64,000 nt of DNA from Eledone cirrhosa (taxonomy: Eukaryota), in contig OZ024755.1 in assembly GCA_964016885.1 (NCBI GenBank), positions 34,348,001-34,412,000 on the forward strand, in the 5' to 3' direction. Made by a program: the position numbers and the translations under genes. The notes beneath the pieces were generated by a model that was not told the origin of the DNA, made no database searches, and saw nothing but the letters and a program-made list of their open reading frames with translations. Each line of letters opens with the position of its first letter. The stretch's first letter is position 1. Positions 26,408 to 39,150 of this stretch are shown in pieces.

Positions 26408-26792
26408 TTGTGTACAGTGCTCAGGTGCACTACAACTCATCAAAGGTGCATGTATAGTACATAGAGTAATTGTTTCTACTTATGGCACACTTCTAGCAAT
26501 TATCCCAGTACGATACTGGTACTTTATTTATCGACCCCGTAAGGGTGAAAGGCAAAGTTAGCCTCGGCGGGATTTGAACTCAGACCGTAAAGGGCCATGA
26601 CTTTATGCTGCAAAGCATGGCATCCAACCCTCTATGGATAGTACCTAGCCACCGCCCTAGTACATAGATTAATGTACAAATGTCAGGAAAGTGAAAAGTG
26701 CAGGAGTCATGATATACACACAGATACATGTGTATGGAGTGGGTAGAATATCAGGTGTAGTGTTGGCGAATTTTAGGAAGCATGGAGGTTTT
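26408..26792 (-). mobile_element. Composite element, second copy
   Basis: tgtgtacagtgctcaggtgcactacaactcatcaaagg...[SINE]...tatcaggtgtagtgttggcgaatttt. Confidence 0.7.
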
Positions 26793-27024
26793 GCCCCAAA
26801 TTGCTAGCCATATGCCTAAATTAGAAAGTTTGTCATTTGTGACCTGTTGCTCATATTTGCTCATATGAGAGACAGGGAGAGCGAGAGAGATGGAGGCAGT
26901 GAAAGTGGGAGTGTGGTTCCTTTGTGTTCAGACCTGGTGTATATGTTTCACGGACAAACACACCCTCACAGCTTTGTACACACCAACAACAAACACACGC
27001 ACACACATATAAACACACTCTCTC

Positions 27025-27366
27025 TTAACCCTTTGGCATTTACATTACTCTATATTTACTATTATATTTTCAAATCCCACTGAGGTTAATTTGCCTTTCA
27101 TCCTTACGGGGTCGATAAAATAAAGTACCAGTAATGTACTGGGATAATTGCTGACCTTGTGGCAAAAGTAGAAACAATTATATTTTCACGGTAAAGTCTT
27201 CATCTCACATAATTGCCTCACATAATGTCGAATATATGAGATTTTGATATTTATTTTGAGAACAATACCTTAACATAAGTATGAGCAGTCAGTTATAGCC
27301 AGTTTGAACAGAAAGAGGTGAGAGAATAAGGGCCGGATATGGCTAGTTTAAATGCTAAAGGGTTAA
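27025..27366 (+). mobile_element. piggyBac MITE P1 with a nested truncated family M SINE (about 27070-27180)
   Basis: TTAAccctttggcattta...taaatgctaaagggTTAA. Confidence 0.8.
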
Positions 27367-27420
27367 ACCATTAACAAGATACCTAGCACTGCTACAGTCG
27401 TATGATTTTGGCAGTATCAG

Positions 27421-28128
27421 GTTGGATTGGCAGTATTGGTAAAGGGTCAGACGCCATGCTTTGACGTATAGAGTTACGGCCCTTGCCATTCTGAGTTCAA
27501 ATCTCGCCAAGGTTAACTTTGCCTTTCATCCTTACGGGGTCGATAAAATAAAGTACCAGTAATGCACTGGGTAATTGCTGGCCTTGTGCCAAACGTAGAA
27601 ACAATTATTTTGGCAGTATCAGTAGAGGGTCGGACGCCATGCTTTGCAGCATAGTTACGGCTGTTTACGGGCTGAGTTCAAATCCCGCTGAGGTTAACTT
27701 TGCTTTTCATCCTTACGGGGTCAATAAAATAAAGTACCACCAGTAATACACTGGGATAATTGCTGGCCTTGTGCCAAAAGTAGAAACAATTATTCTCTAG
27801 TTTAAAAAATCTTATTGATTCATTTAAAAGTTTGTTACACATTTCTTTGTGACATATTGGCTAAATATTGAGGATACATTGGCTATTTTGTATTGGAAAA
27901 TATGCGGTCCTAATCTTTTTGTCCTGAGTGGAAATTATTACTTGAATTGGCAGTACCGGTAGAGGGTCGGGCGCCATGCTTTGATGCATAGAGTTACGGC
28001 CCTTGCCATTCTGAGTTCAAATCCCGCCGAGGTTAACTTTGCCTTTCATCCTTACGGGGTCGATAATATAAAGTACCAGTAATACACTGGGTAATTGCTG
28101 GCCTTGTGCCAAAAGTAGAAACAATTAC
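27421..28128 (+). mobile_element. Cluster of three family M SINEs
   Basis: Copies at about 27421, 27610 and 27946; the last has TSD attacttgaa. Confidence 0.85.
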
Positions 28129-28284
28129 TTGAAAATCTCTTTTTTTTTTTTTGGAGATATTTCCATCATGGCGGCGTCAACAAAAGAACATGGACGAGAG
28201 AGAGAGGGGGGAATTGTCACCAACATTACTTCTCTCTTTCTCTCTCAATGTTAACAATTTTTCACCATTGACAGCTGCTGTCAT

Positions 28285-28515
28285 CACTTCCACCACCACC
28301 ACCACTTCCACTGCCACCACCACCACTTCCACCAACACTTCCACTGCCACTACCACCACCACTGCCACCACCACCACCACTTCCACTATCACCACCACTT
28401 CCACCACCACCACCACCACTGCCACCACCACTTCCACTTCCACCACCACCACCACTTCCACCACCATCACCACCACTTCCACCACCACTTCCACCACTGC
28501 CACAACAACAACAAA
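28285..28515 (+). repeat. (ACC)n-type low-complexity tract
   Basis: Degenerate trinucleotide repeat; source of the poly-T/V/G pseudo-ORFs. Confidence 0.9.
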
Positions 28516-28942
28516 AATACACGGTCCTTGAATAGCAATGAAAACAATACGACTGACCCCCCCCCCCCCTATAACAACAACAACAACAACATCACTGAAA
28601 ACACCAGCAATATCTGCAGAGGAAACAGCAACAACGATTGTTTCTACTTTAGGCACAAAGTCAGCAATTTTAAGGGCAAGAGAAGTCAATTAAATCAACC
28701 CCAGTGTATTACTGGTACTTTATTTTATCGACCCCGTAATAAGGGTGAAAGGCAAAACTAACCTCGGCTGGATTTGAACTCAGAACGTAAAGGGCCGTAA
28801 CTCTATGCTGCAAAGCATAGCGTCTGATGCTCTAACGATACTGCTTAATCCACCAAATAATACTAATGACTAATGAACATTTTTAAAGATGAACTCCCTG
28901 TTGATAAACTGTCTTGCTCTCACTATGTAGTTTACATTTAAT

Positions 28943-29185
28943 CATATTACTTTTAAAATCTTCTCTACCTGAGCATTTGATGTTTCCAGGTATCACCTCT
29001 GTACCAATATAGCAGTATGAAACCATATTACTTTTAAAATCTTCTCTACCTGAGCATTTCATGTTTCCAGGTAAAACCTCTGTACCAATATAGCAGTATG
29101 AAACCATATTACTTTTAAAATCTTCTCGACCTGAGCATTTGATGTTTCCAGGTATCACCTCTGTACCAATATAGCAGTATGAAAC
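28943..29185 (+). repeat. 81-bp tandem repeat, 3 copies
   Basis: catattacttttaaaatcttctc at 28943, 29024 and 29105. Confidence 0.9.
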
Positions 29186-29275
29186 TGTCTTTTTCTTTTG
29201 TTTTTGCAATTTCCACCATTAGCTCAGTTGGCACAATTACTGCAACTATTCTATCTTGACAACCTTTGTGCAGGT

Positions 29276-29772
29276 CAGAGGTTCTCTAACGTGTTGTGCC
29301 ACTGCCCCCCCCCCTCACGGCCACATAAAACCCTCAGCATCCCCCAACCCTATTTCTAGAGAGACCAGCCTACATGCAAATTGTAAATAATATGTAATAA
29401 ATAAAATCGTTAATTTATATATAATGAATAAAGGGCATCCAGCTGTAGAAATCAAGCCAGAATCAGTTCCCGTAAGAGCAAGACAAGGTCACCCAACCTG
29501 GCATTGCCCACAACAGGACAACCCGTCTAACCCATGCTAGCGTGGAAGAATGGAATAAAACGGTGACGATGACGATGATGATGATGATGATATGTATAAA
29601 TAATATTATTCTTTTTAAAATTTTACTATATTTATATATAATATGTATCATTTGATATTTAATATACTATTATATCATCTCTAACACCCCCACTCATCCC
29701 CTTAGTCCCCAGCCACCCCTGGACCTTCTCAATGCTCCCCGGGGGCAGTAGTGGCCACTTTGGGAACCTCTA
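29276..29772. mobile_element. hAT-like MITE with an inserted SINE/LINE tail (about 29430-29592)
   Basis: Ends cagaggttctctaac / tttgggaacctcta. Confidence 0.55.
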
Positions 29773-30204
29773 TCCACTAACATTACTCCAATGGCCCTTC
29801 GGAGGAATCCTATTTCGGCCGCTTCTATTTGTGATCGTATTCACTTGATAGGTAAAGGTTGGCATGAATACCAAATAGAAGATGGGTGTTGTGTGTGAAA
29901 ATTGTTCTATTTGATCTGTGCGATTGAATTGATTATGTCTTGAGCAGGATGTGGGCTGTTCCAAACAAAGCTATTTTTTTACCTGAGCCTAGGTATGGTT
30001 TCTATATTTCTTATTGTATTTCTTTCTAATATACTTTGTGCTCCAATTATTATAGCCACTATTTTTACCTTGATGTTCCACATTTCATGTATTTACATTT
30101 GAAGTGGACTTCCAATCATAATATTGTGGGTTTGATACCTGGGCTGGATTATGTGTTGTGTTCTTGAGCAAAACACTCATTTCACGATGCTCCAGTATAC
30201 TCAG

Positions 30205-30487
30205 TGGGGGTGCGTGCCCTAGTGGTAAGGGTGTTGGACTTTCAATCATAATGTCATGGGTTTGATTCCAGGGCTGGATTGTGTGTTGTGTTCTTGAGCA
30301 AAACACTCATTTTACGATGCTCCAGTATACTCAGCTGTAAATGAGTACCAACAATAGCTGGGGGGTTTAACCCTGTGATGGACTGGCATCCTGTCGAGGC
30401 AGGGGGTCATATACTCTCAGTCGCTTCACACCATGAAACCAAGATAAGAACTGGCCAAATGAGCCTTCTGGTTTAAGACAGACATTC
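30205..30487 (+). mobile_element. CORE-type SINE subtype c (head partly duplicated upstream from about 30100)
   Basis: tRNA head, CORE and ctgtgatggactggcatcctgtc body. Confidence 0.8.
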
Positions 30488-30579
30488 AAGACACTTATAT
30501 TTTAATAGTTTCTTTTCACTTTTTTCCAGTTAACATTTTAATTAGAAGAGATCTCACTGTCTATTGGTGTCTAAAGTCT

Positions 30580-30848
30580 AAAGTCTGTCTTAAACCAGAA
30601 GGCTCATTTGGCCGGTGCTTATCCCGTTTTCATGGCGTGAAGAGACTGAGAGTACAAGACTGCCCCCTGGACAGGACGCAAGTCCATCGCAGGTTTAAAC
30701 CCCCAGCTATTGCTGGTACTCATTTTCAACTGAGTATACTGGAGCAACACGAAAGGAAGTGTTTTGCTCAAGAACACAACACAGGAATCGAACCCACGAC
30801 ATTATGATCATAAGTCCAACACCCTTACCACTTGGCCATGTACCTCCA
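30580..30848 (-). mobile_element. CORE-type SINE subtype c, inverted relative to 30205
   Basis: Reverse complement of the preceding element. Confidence 0.8.
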
Positions 30849-32040
30849 TCTATTAGTGTGCATGTGTCTTATTCCCATCATTGATTATTATGTCTGGTAA
30901 GTTTGCCTTGAAATCTTTGTTAATTTAGACCGACATATACCAAATAATTGTGGTCTTCTATCATGTTTAATACATGTTTATACCACTTTATTTCCATTTT
31001 CATATCAAAGTGTTGGTATACTGCCCAGTAGATGTAGCTGCCAACTCAAATATATCTGTGTATATATTCAAACTTGGCAAGGGTTGAACAGCTAAAGATG
31101 ATGTGGCCAAATCATCCCATTGTTTTGGTTGCACATTCTGCACTGTGTGTTAGGATCCATTTTTATCATTTTTCTTTATAATAGTTTGTGGCCAGACCCT
31201 TTAGTATTTAAACTGTATCCGGCCACGATTCTCTCACCTCTTTCTAATCAAACTGACTGTAACCGGTCACTCATACTGATGTTAAGATTCGATATTATGT
31301 GGGTGATTTTTGTCATGACTCCTACATGACCACTTTACAGAACTAGTATATTCAGTAATCATAACTTGAGATTCTCCATAAATTTTCTTATAGTTGTATA
31401 ATGGCAAATACATATAAATGTTGATACAACCAACATACATATTCATTCCACAACCCAAACAACAGAAAGTATGTAAACATGTTTCATTAAAATCATGAGG
31501 ATATTAAAGCTTCAAGAGTATATAAGCCTTCTTAATGGAAAAAAATGGACATTAGTACCTGTAGGACTGGAACGCACACTTTCATGTTTCTCCAGCAGAC
31601 ATGCTACCCCGACACCAACAATAGCATATCTTATGATACCAGATGGTAAATTATTCCCTTTGTGAAACCCTACTCTATTAACAAAGATTCTTTGTTAGCT
31701 TTCACTTCCGAATTAAACAAAATCAAAAATATTCAGAAGATGCGGGTATGACTAATACAAAACACGCAGCAACTTGAAACTTATACTCTTTTCACTTGTA
31801 ATGTTAAAGTTATATACTTATTATTTTGGACAGGCATTGCACCTGCATATGCATCTGCCTGCAAAATAAATTTCTTAACCATGTCTGAGCTTCTGAAACT
31901 ACAAAGTTACAAAAGGAACTTCTTAGTTACATAATAAACAAATACATATATACATATACAAATACATATATATATACATATATATATATACATATATTAA
32001 TATATCATGATACAATCTTACTACAAACACCAACACACAC

Positions 32041-32096
<56 letters not shown>

Positions 32097-32468
32097 TTGT
32101 GTGTGGGTGTGTGTGAGAGAGAGAGAGTATCTGAGTGTGTGTATATTTCTATACATGCAATAAACATACACACATAAATACAAAATATGTATATATTTTC
32201 CTTGTTAATAATGTTAATGATTAAATAATGAAGAATGAAAGATATTGAGCTGCCAAAGCCTATAGGTATTCTAGATAAAAGAGAATATAAACATAGAGCT
32301 ATATGTGACTGTGTGCATATGTGTATACGTACATACATAAACACACACAAACACATATATATATAAATATATCTACATATTAAATATATATATATATGTA
32401 CATCTACATATATATATATATCTACATCTACATATATATATATATCTACATCTACATATATATATATA

Positions 32469-32521
<53 letters not shown>

Positions 32522-33828
32522 ATGTGTGTGTGTGTATATATGTATATATACATATATAACCCTTGCAAGCAGGGAAAAAGCGGACGTAAAATGAAATGAA
32601 ATGATGATGATGATTATATATATATACATTTATACTTACACATATCCATATATATATATAAATAATTAAGACACAATATATTTATACACTTCTACAATAG
32701 ACACACATGACTATTATATTCTACTACTTTCCTTCTATCTCTCTATATAAAACAAAGATATTTATACACCCATACAAACCTTATATTTCTGCTTATAAAA
32801 TACAATGTTTTAATCATTCTTTGGCCTCAGGTCTTGGACTGCAGCCAAGCTGGGGCATCACATTCAAGTATTTTTTGAAGATAATATTCAACCCTGTGTC
32901 AGAGGTGCAAAATATTGAAGTGAATCGAGTGTAAAGGAAAAGCGAAAGAGCTGATCCTTAGGTCAGACCAAAGAAACTATCTTTCAATTTGTCTCTCTCT
33001 TGTATTATCTGTTTGTTGTTGCAACTGTTGGCAGAAGCATCATTACTTTTCTGGAGATAGAACTTGGGAATTGTAAACAGAATGTAAAGAGCTAGAACAG
33101 ATACTGAAAGATATCTCACTAAAGCTTTAATACTTTTGTCAATCTATCAACTCAAAAAGATGAAATACGAATCTAATGTCAGTGGGATTTAAACTCACAG
33201 TACAGTGAAACAACTGCTAAGCATTTAATCCAATGCTCCTAAGAACTTTTCCAATCTGTAATCTATGTAAAGGAAGAAAATTAAAGGTTTATAAGAAGCC
33301 AACGAATAGGGAATGAAATATGACAAGGTATATTTGTTAGATGCATTGATATTTGCACCCTCGCTGATGCACATATACACATGACAACATATTTTGTTGA
33401 AGAAATAAATATTAGGTTCAGCAAGGCTGCCACAACATTTGGGAAACTTACAAAAAGACCCACTTTTATCGACCCCGTAAGGATGAAAGGCAAAGTTTAC
33501 CTCGGCGGGATTTGAATTCAGAATGGCAAGGGTCGTAACTCTATGCATCAAAGCATGGCGTCCAACCCTCTACCGATACTGCCAATCCATTCTAATTTAA
33601 TATGTATAAATTAGCTATACTACATTTACACAATTGAATTAAGAAGTATTATATTCCTATGAATCAGATTTATAGAACTGTATATTAGACACATGGAATG
33701 CTGTAAACGTTTTGATAAAAAATTAATGTCTTACATGGAAAGTAACACTTTGTGAGATATATAACAGGGCTTTATTAAATATGTCCTCAATATGAACAGT
33801 TCTGTTACATTTAGAGCTACTTTTCAAT

Positions 33829-34191
33829 TTGGACAATGTGACATTGGACAATGTGACATTTGACAATGTGACATTGGACAATGTGGCATTGGACAATGTG
33901 GCATTGGACAATGTGGCATTGGACAATGTGGCATTGGACAATGTGGCATTGGACAATGTGGCATTGGACAATGTGGCATTGGACAATGTGGCATTGGACA
34001 ATGTGGCATTGGACAATGTGACATTGGACAATGTGACATTGGACAATGTGACATTGGACAATGTGACATTGGACAATGTGACATTGGACAATGTGGCATT
34101 GGACAATGTGACATTGGACAATGTGACATTGGACAATGTGACATTGGACAATGTGGCATTGGACAATGTGACATTGGACAATGTGGCATTG
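33829..34191 (+). repeat. 15-bp quasi-palindromic minisatellite, about 24 copies
   Basis: Unit ttggacaatgtg(a/g)ca. Confidence 0.95.
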
Positions 34192-34916
34192 AAAAAATAG
34201 CTCAAAGAAGGGAATCTTTCCGAGCCGTGTAATATAATTGAATATATGAGAGGGATGAACACAGATACAAATATACAAGTCTAACCCATGCTAGCATGGC
34301 AGATGGATGTTAAACGATGATGATGATGATGATGTGTTCCAATTGCAAATGACCAAGTTAGCTAGGTTGAAAAAATACTAATTTAAAACAATATGGTTTG
34401 CCTGACACAATTTAAAGTAATAAATCAATAAAAATAACAAACCTATATCAGGCAACAGCCTTTGATACCCAGACAGACCTAAATCTGTTTCGCAAGAATT
34501 ATTAAGTGAAAGCTACAATTCCTGTGCTCTTCTGCGGCTATCCAGGAAATTCCTACCTTTCACTTCAAAGGATCTAAGATGACTGAACGATATGCTGATA
34601 TAAAAGCACACATATAAATATACCCTCACATATACATATATACATATATGTATATTTATATGTGTGTGTTTGCATGAGCCTGTATATATGTGTATATACA
34701 CGCAGTCCACGCTGTAATGTGGCCGTGTAGGTAACACGGTAAAAACCTCCCAGTCCACACTGTAAACGTGGTTGGTGTTAGGAAGGGCATCCAGCCGTAG
34801 AAAACCCGCCAGACAGTCCTATACGAGCAGGACAACTAATCTTGCCTCAAGTGGGAAAATTCATGTCCAAACCCATGCAAGCGTGGATGATGGACGTTAA
34901 ACGATGATGATGATGA

Positions 34917-34962
<46 letters not shown>

Positions 34963-34999
34963 TTCTATTTACCCCTCTTATGTAATTTTTTTATTTTTT

Positions 35000-35675
35000 T
35001 TATTTTTAATTTTTTTTGCTTTTGTCTATCACTGTGTTTATGTATACGTTGCACGCGAACGTGCATTTATTTTACCCACAAACAGGTGTCGTGCGGGTTT
35101 TTGTATGTGTGCGCGTGTTTATGTGTATGTGCATGTACATGCATGGCGTGTGTTTTCGCGTATGCACGTGTATGTACGTATACAGATGCGTGTATGTATA
35201 TATTTAATTATTGTTGATTTTAATAACGTCTGTCATTTTCGTTCTACTAATTTATTTACATTATTCTTAACTTTGAAGCCGAGAATCATTCAGTTTCCTA
35301 AATAGAATATTAGTCTACGACTCCATTTATATCATAAACGTGGTTTTGTCTTTGCATGCAATTGTTCTCATTGTTCCACATAACGACGTATTATCTTCGC
35401 TTTTTTCCGTTCGTTGCCAGGGAAACGTCTCCACGAACCAAAGTATCGTCTTCCTGTTTTCCTTCGGTTGCAACGTTTTTCAAAATATTTACTTCTGCGT
35501 TCACAGATTGATTTTTTTTAGTTTCAGAAGATCCCATTAAGGGTGAAAGCAGCGATTCTTTGCTTAAACTGTAATCTGTTATTTTAATAAATATTTGCTC
35601 TAGGGTTCTTATATATTTAATATATATTTATCCTATTCGAGCTCTCTTTGGATTTTAGTCTTCAAATTTATTATT
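35000..35675 (+). mobile_element. Non-coding hammerhead-bearing element (family A; Penelope-like or retrozyme-like)
   Basis: Homologous to 51770-52480 (minus) and 61390-61615; flanked by (TA)n; aataaa follows the ribozyme. Confidence 0.7.
35503..35579 (+). ncRNA. Type I hammerhead-like RNA with variant core CAGAAGA
   Basis: acagattg..tagttt-CAGAAGA-t(ccc attaa ggg)t-GAAA-gca gcgattctt tgc-TT-aaactg taatctgt. Confidence 0.7.
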
Positions 35676-35677
35676 AT

Positions 35678-35724
<47 letters not shown>

Positions 35725-35726
<2 letters not shown>

Positions 35727-35909
35727 ACGGCGATGAATTAGTTTTGCGAGGTTTTTTTATATGAAATCGTGTGTTTGAAACAAATATTGTTATACTTGGG
35801 GAGGGTCATATTTGTGTAATATTGCCAGAATTACGAAAACTAACCAAACAGTGAGTGTGTTCTGTTATTAATTCTGGCAATATTACACAAATATGACCCT
35901 CCCCAAGTA

Positions 35910-35912
<3 letters not shown>
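35725..35912. mobile_element. Short foldback insert in (TA)n; second copy at 47655-47851
   Basis: Arms gttatacttggggagggtcatatttgtgtaatattgccagaatta and its reverse complement. Confidence 0.75.
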
Positions 35913-35941
<29 letters not shown>

Positions 35942-36054
35942 GCTGTGGTAGGGTTGCAGGTAAATGCATCCTGTAGGCAGTATGAAAAGGACAAAATAAC
36001 AGGATGCTAATATATACTACAGATAAAGGACAGCTGAGATGTTTGAACACACAA

Positions 36055-36147
36055 AACATGTCTGAAAAGCCTTTGATGCAGAGTCGGGTTTGATCTGTAA
36101 TGGATCTTGCCTCGAACTGATCGACGCAGAAACATATGTAATATGTT
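36055..36147 (+). ncRNA. Type I hammerhead ribozyme, G8A core mutation, palindromic stem III
   Basis: aacatgt-CTGAAAA-long stem II region-GAAA-catatg-TA-atatgtt, then aataaa; insert flanked by (TA)n. Confidence 0.6.
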
Positions 36148-36192
36148 AATAAATTGTGATATGATGCAACACTGAATCCTTGTTCTTTATAA

Positions 36193-36232
<40 letters not shown>

Positions 36233-36269
36233 TATATATATATATAAGTATATATATATATAAGTATTA

Positions 36270-36545
36270 AAGGTGCAAGGGCTCTAGGGTCACAGAAGAA
36301 TGGGGAGGGGGAAGGAGAATAGGGAGGGTGATGGGCTCTAGGCCCTGGGTTAAGTGGTATTGGTGCTGGATCCCGCGGACAAGACCACAAAAGCATCCTC
36401 GCAGGCAATGGCCAGCGACACCCACTACATCAGCCACTGCACCTCACAGGTTTCCTTCCTCAGATGGGCTGCCAGGCCAGCAATACCCACTACATCAGCC
36501 ACTCCACCTCCTCAGATGGGATGCTCACAGTCCAATCTATTAATG
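36270..36545 (-). mobile_element. CRE-like LINE 3' end, degenerate
   Basis: Reverse strand gives EVQWLM*WVSLAIACEDAFVVLS, like the WL.QR.SLAI.RGNA terminus of REL-endonuclease LINEs. Confidence 0.5.
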
Positions 36546-37659
36546 TTGTTTATTAACTAACACCAATTATTTCTTTGCACTTTAAGAATGACTTTTTTAT
36601 GCAATGTGAGTTTAGACAGAAAGAGTATGTGTGTGTGTGTGTGTTTGTGTGTGAGTGTGTGTTTGTGTGTGTGTGAGTGTTTGTGTGTGAGTGTGTTAGT
36701 GTTTGTGTGTGAGTGTGTTAGTGTTTGTGTGCGAGTGCATATTTGTGTGAGTGTGTGCATGTGTGTGAATGTGAGTGTGTGTGTGTGTCTGTTTGTGTAT
36801 GTAGTTGTGTGCGTGTGTGTTAATGTGTGTTAGTGTGTGTGTGTTAGTGTGTGTGTGTTAGTGTTGCTATCAAAACTGATTTCTGAAAGTTGCTCACTCA
36901 GCAGGGAAATGATGATTGATAGTGGCTATAAACATAATGATGGTGATGATGATGATAATGACACCTAAGATAGTGATGAGGGGGTATGGTGGGGGTGTAT
37001 GGTGGTGGAGTATGGTGGTGGTTGTGGTGGTGGTGTATGGTGGTGGTGGTGTATGGTAGTGGTGGTGGTAGTGGTGGTGATGGTGCTGGTGGTGATGGTG
37101 GTGGCGGTGGTTGTGGTTGTGGTGATGGTGGTGGTGGTGGTGGTGGTGTATGGTGGTGGTGGTAAGAATGGTGATGGTGGTGGTGTGGATGGTGGTGCTG
37201 GTAAGAATGGTGGTGGTGGTGGTGTGGATGGTGGTGCTGGTAAGAATGGTGATGGTGGTGAGGATGGTGGTGCTGGTAAGAATGGTGATGGTGGTAAGAA
37301 TGGTGATGGTGGTGGTGGTGAGGATGGTGGTGGTGTGCTGTTTTAACGGTTGTTCTAAGCAATGAGTTTTCTCATTTTATATATATTCAAATACACTCTC
37401 GTTTCATCTCAATCAGAGACAACATTGTTTTTGCATTTAAAGAGTAAATAATCAAAATACTGTGACTAACAAGAAGAAGGAACTATGTCTGAAATAATTG
37501 CTTGGAAAGGGCTGATTCTTCTCTGAAGACCTTCTGCTGTCTTGAAAGTTTGTTACAGCAATTTGAAAAATGTTTCCATTAATACAGATAATATCTCATC
37601 TGAAGGTTTCAGGGAGTTTCAATAGCAATAGTTGAAGTTTGGCTTCAAATCAGCTCTCA

Positions 37660-38203
37660 TTGAATAATCCTGTTGTTGCTATGATGGAATGGAGAAGGCA
37701 TGTCCCCGGAGAATGGTAAAGGAGATGTGCTGGAAGAGCCATTCCATCTCGCGAGGCTAGCCAACTCAGCGCCTATTTTGGTGAGTAGGGAGGTAACCCT
37801 AGGGCCAAGGACCCCAGAAATCTCTACTGCCAAGGGCATGACCGCAAACCTGTCAGAGAATGACCGACACTTGGACAGTTTGCCCTCCTCAGGCCGAAGT
37901 GTAGCAGAACCCGGGGTAGTCACAGACTGAACCTGTTTGTGGCTGAAGAAAGTGTCGCTGCAAGTGGCATCGCAGACGAGGGGGTTTGCCACCGCGGAAT
38001 GGGAAGATGGTCACACCGTCTAGCCTTTTGCCGTCCCTTCGGTCCAGCCAAACCAGCTCGAGCTGGGAGGGGAAGCCTGCAGCATCCAAGCCATGCTTTA
38101 TGACCTCATTGAGGGCAGCATGGAGTGGAAGGCGGCCGGCACTGTAGCGACAGGAAAGCGGATGGAGGTCGAAAGAGTCCATGGTGGATCTGCAGCGGCA
38201 TTT
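37660..38203 (-). pseudogene. CRE-clade non-LTR retrotransposon C-terminus (Zn knuckle plus restriction-like endonuclease)
   Basis: CRC...HPLSC..SAGR..LHAALN; DGKRLDG; DATCSDT; EEGK..K; PLAVEISG.LG; frameshifted. Confidence 0.85.
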
Positions 38204-38664
38204 GTATTGTTGTTTAACCCCAGGTCAACTCTAATTGAGTAGATCTATGACCAGCATTCTGTTGGTTTTATTATTGTTGTTATGGTGATTGTTCTTCTTT
38301 AACTCTAGGTCAACTTTCATTGAGAACATCTCTGATCATAATCCTGTTATTTAGCCCCAGGTCAGCTTTCATTGACTTAACTTATGATCACCATTCTATT
38401 GTGGTTGTTGTTGTTGTTATTTAGCCCCAGGACAACCTTCATTGACCAAATATGTGATCACCATTCTATTGTGGTTGTTGCTGTTGTTGTTGCTATTATC
38501 ATTGTTGTTGTTTAATCTTATGATTTCCATCGTCTATATAAGGCCGTCACATAATCTAATGTCCTTTCTTTCAATATGGCGAGGGTTTGTTTGAGGTAGA
38601 TATTTACTGCTATTTCTAGCAGGTTAAGTGTTAACATAGAATTCCTTTTGAAGGTTGGTTATCA

Positions 38665-38845
38665 CAGTGATGATGGTGATGATAGTGTATTGTTGATGAT
38701 GATGATGATGATGACGATGATATAATAATGGTGATGATGATGATGATGGTGATGATAGTGTGTTGTTGATGATGATGATAATGATGACGATGATATAATA
38801 ATGGTGATGATGATGATGTAATAATGGTGATGATGATGATGGTGA

Positions 38846-38905
<60 letters not shown>

Positions 38906-39150
38906 AGATGATAATGATGGTGATGATGATGGTGGTGGTGGTGTGATGATGGTGATGGTGATGGTGGTGATGATGATGATGATGGTGGTGATGATGGTGA
39001 TGGTGGTGTGATGATGGTGATGATGATAGTGATGATGGTGATGATGGTGGTGTGATGATGGTGATGATGGTGATGGTGGAGACGATGCCATGGTGATGAT
39101 GACAATGACGACGATCTAATAGCGATGATAAGGAAGAGGAGGAGGAGGGG
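38665..39150 (+). repeat. (GAT/GAC/GGT)n low-complexity tract
   Basis: Trinucleotide runs. Confidence 0.9.

Noticed and set aside
28883-29209. ORF with three 27-aa repeats
   Set aside because: Created by the 81-bp tandem repeat; only a faint resemblance to a LINE endonuclease and no splice support.
31550-31626. tRNA-like stretch on the minus strand (also about 16564-16622)
   Set aside because: Cloverleaf incomplete; probably a decayed SINE head. None of the SINE heads is called a tRNA gene.
31780-31860. Minus-strand acceptor ttttgcag followed by ADAYAGAMPVQNN...
   Set aside because: Short, with no recognisable domain or strong donor; unsupported as an exon.
37520-37560. CTGAAGA...GAAA (also near 58260 on the minus strand)
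   Set aside because: No stem I complementarity.
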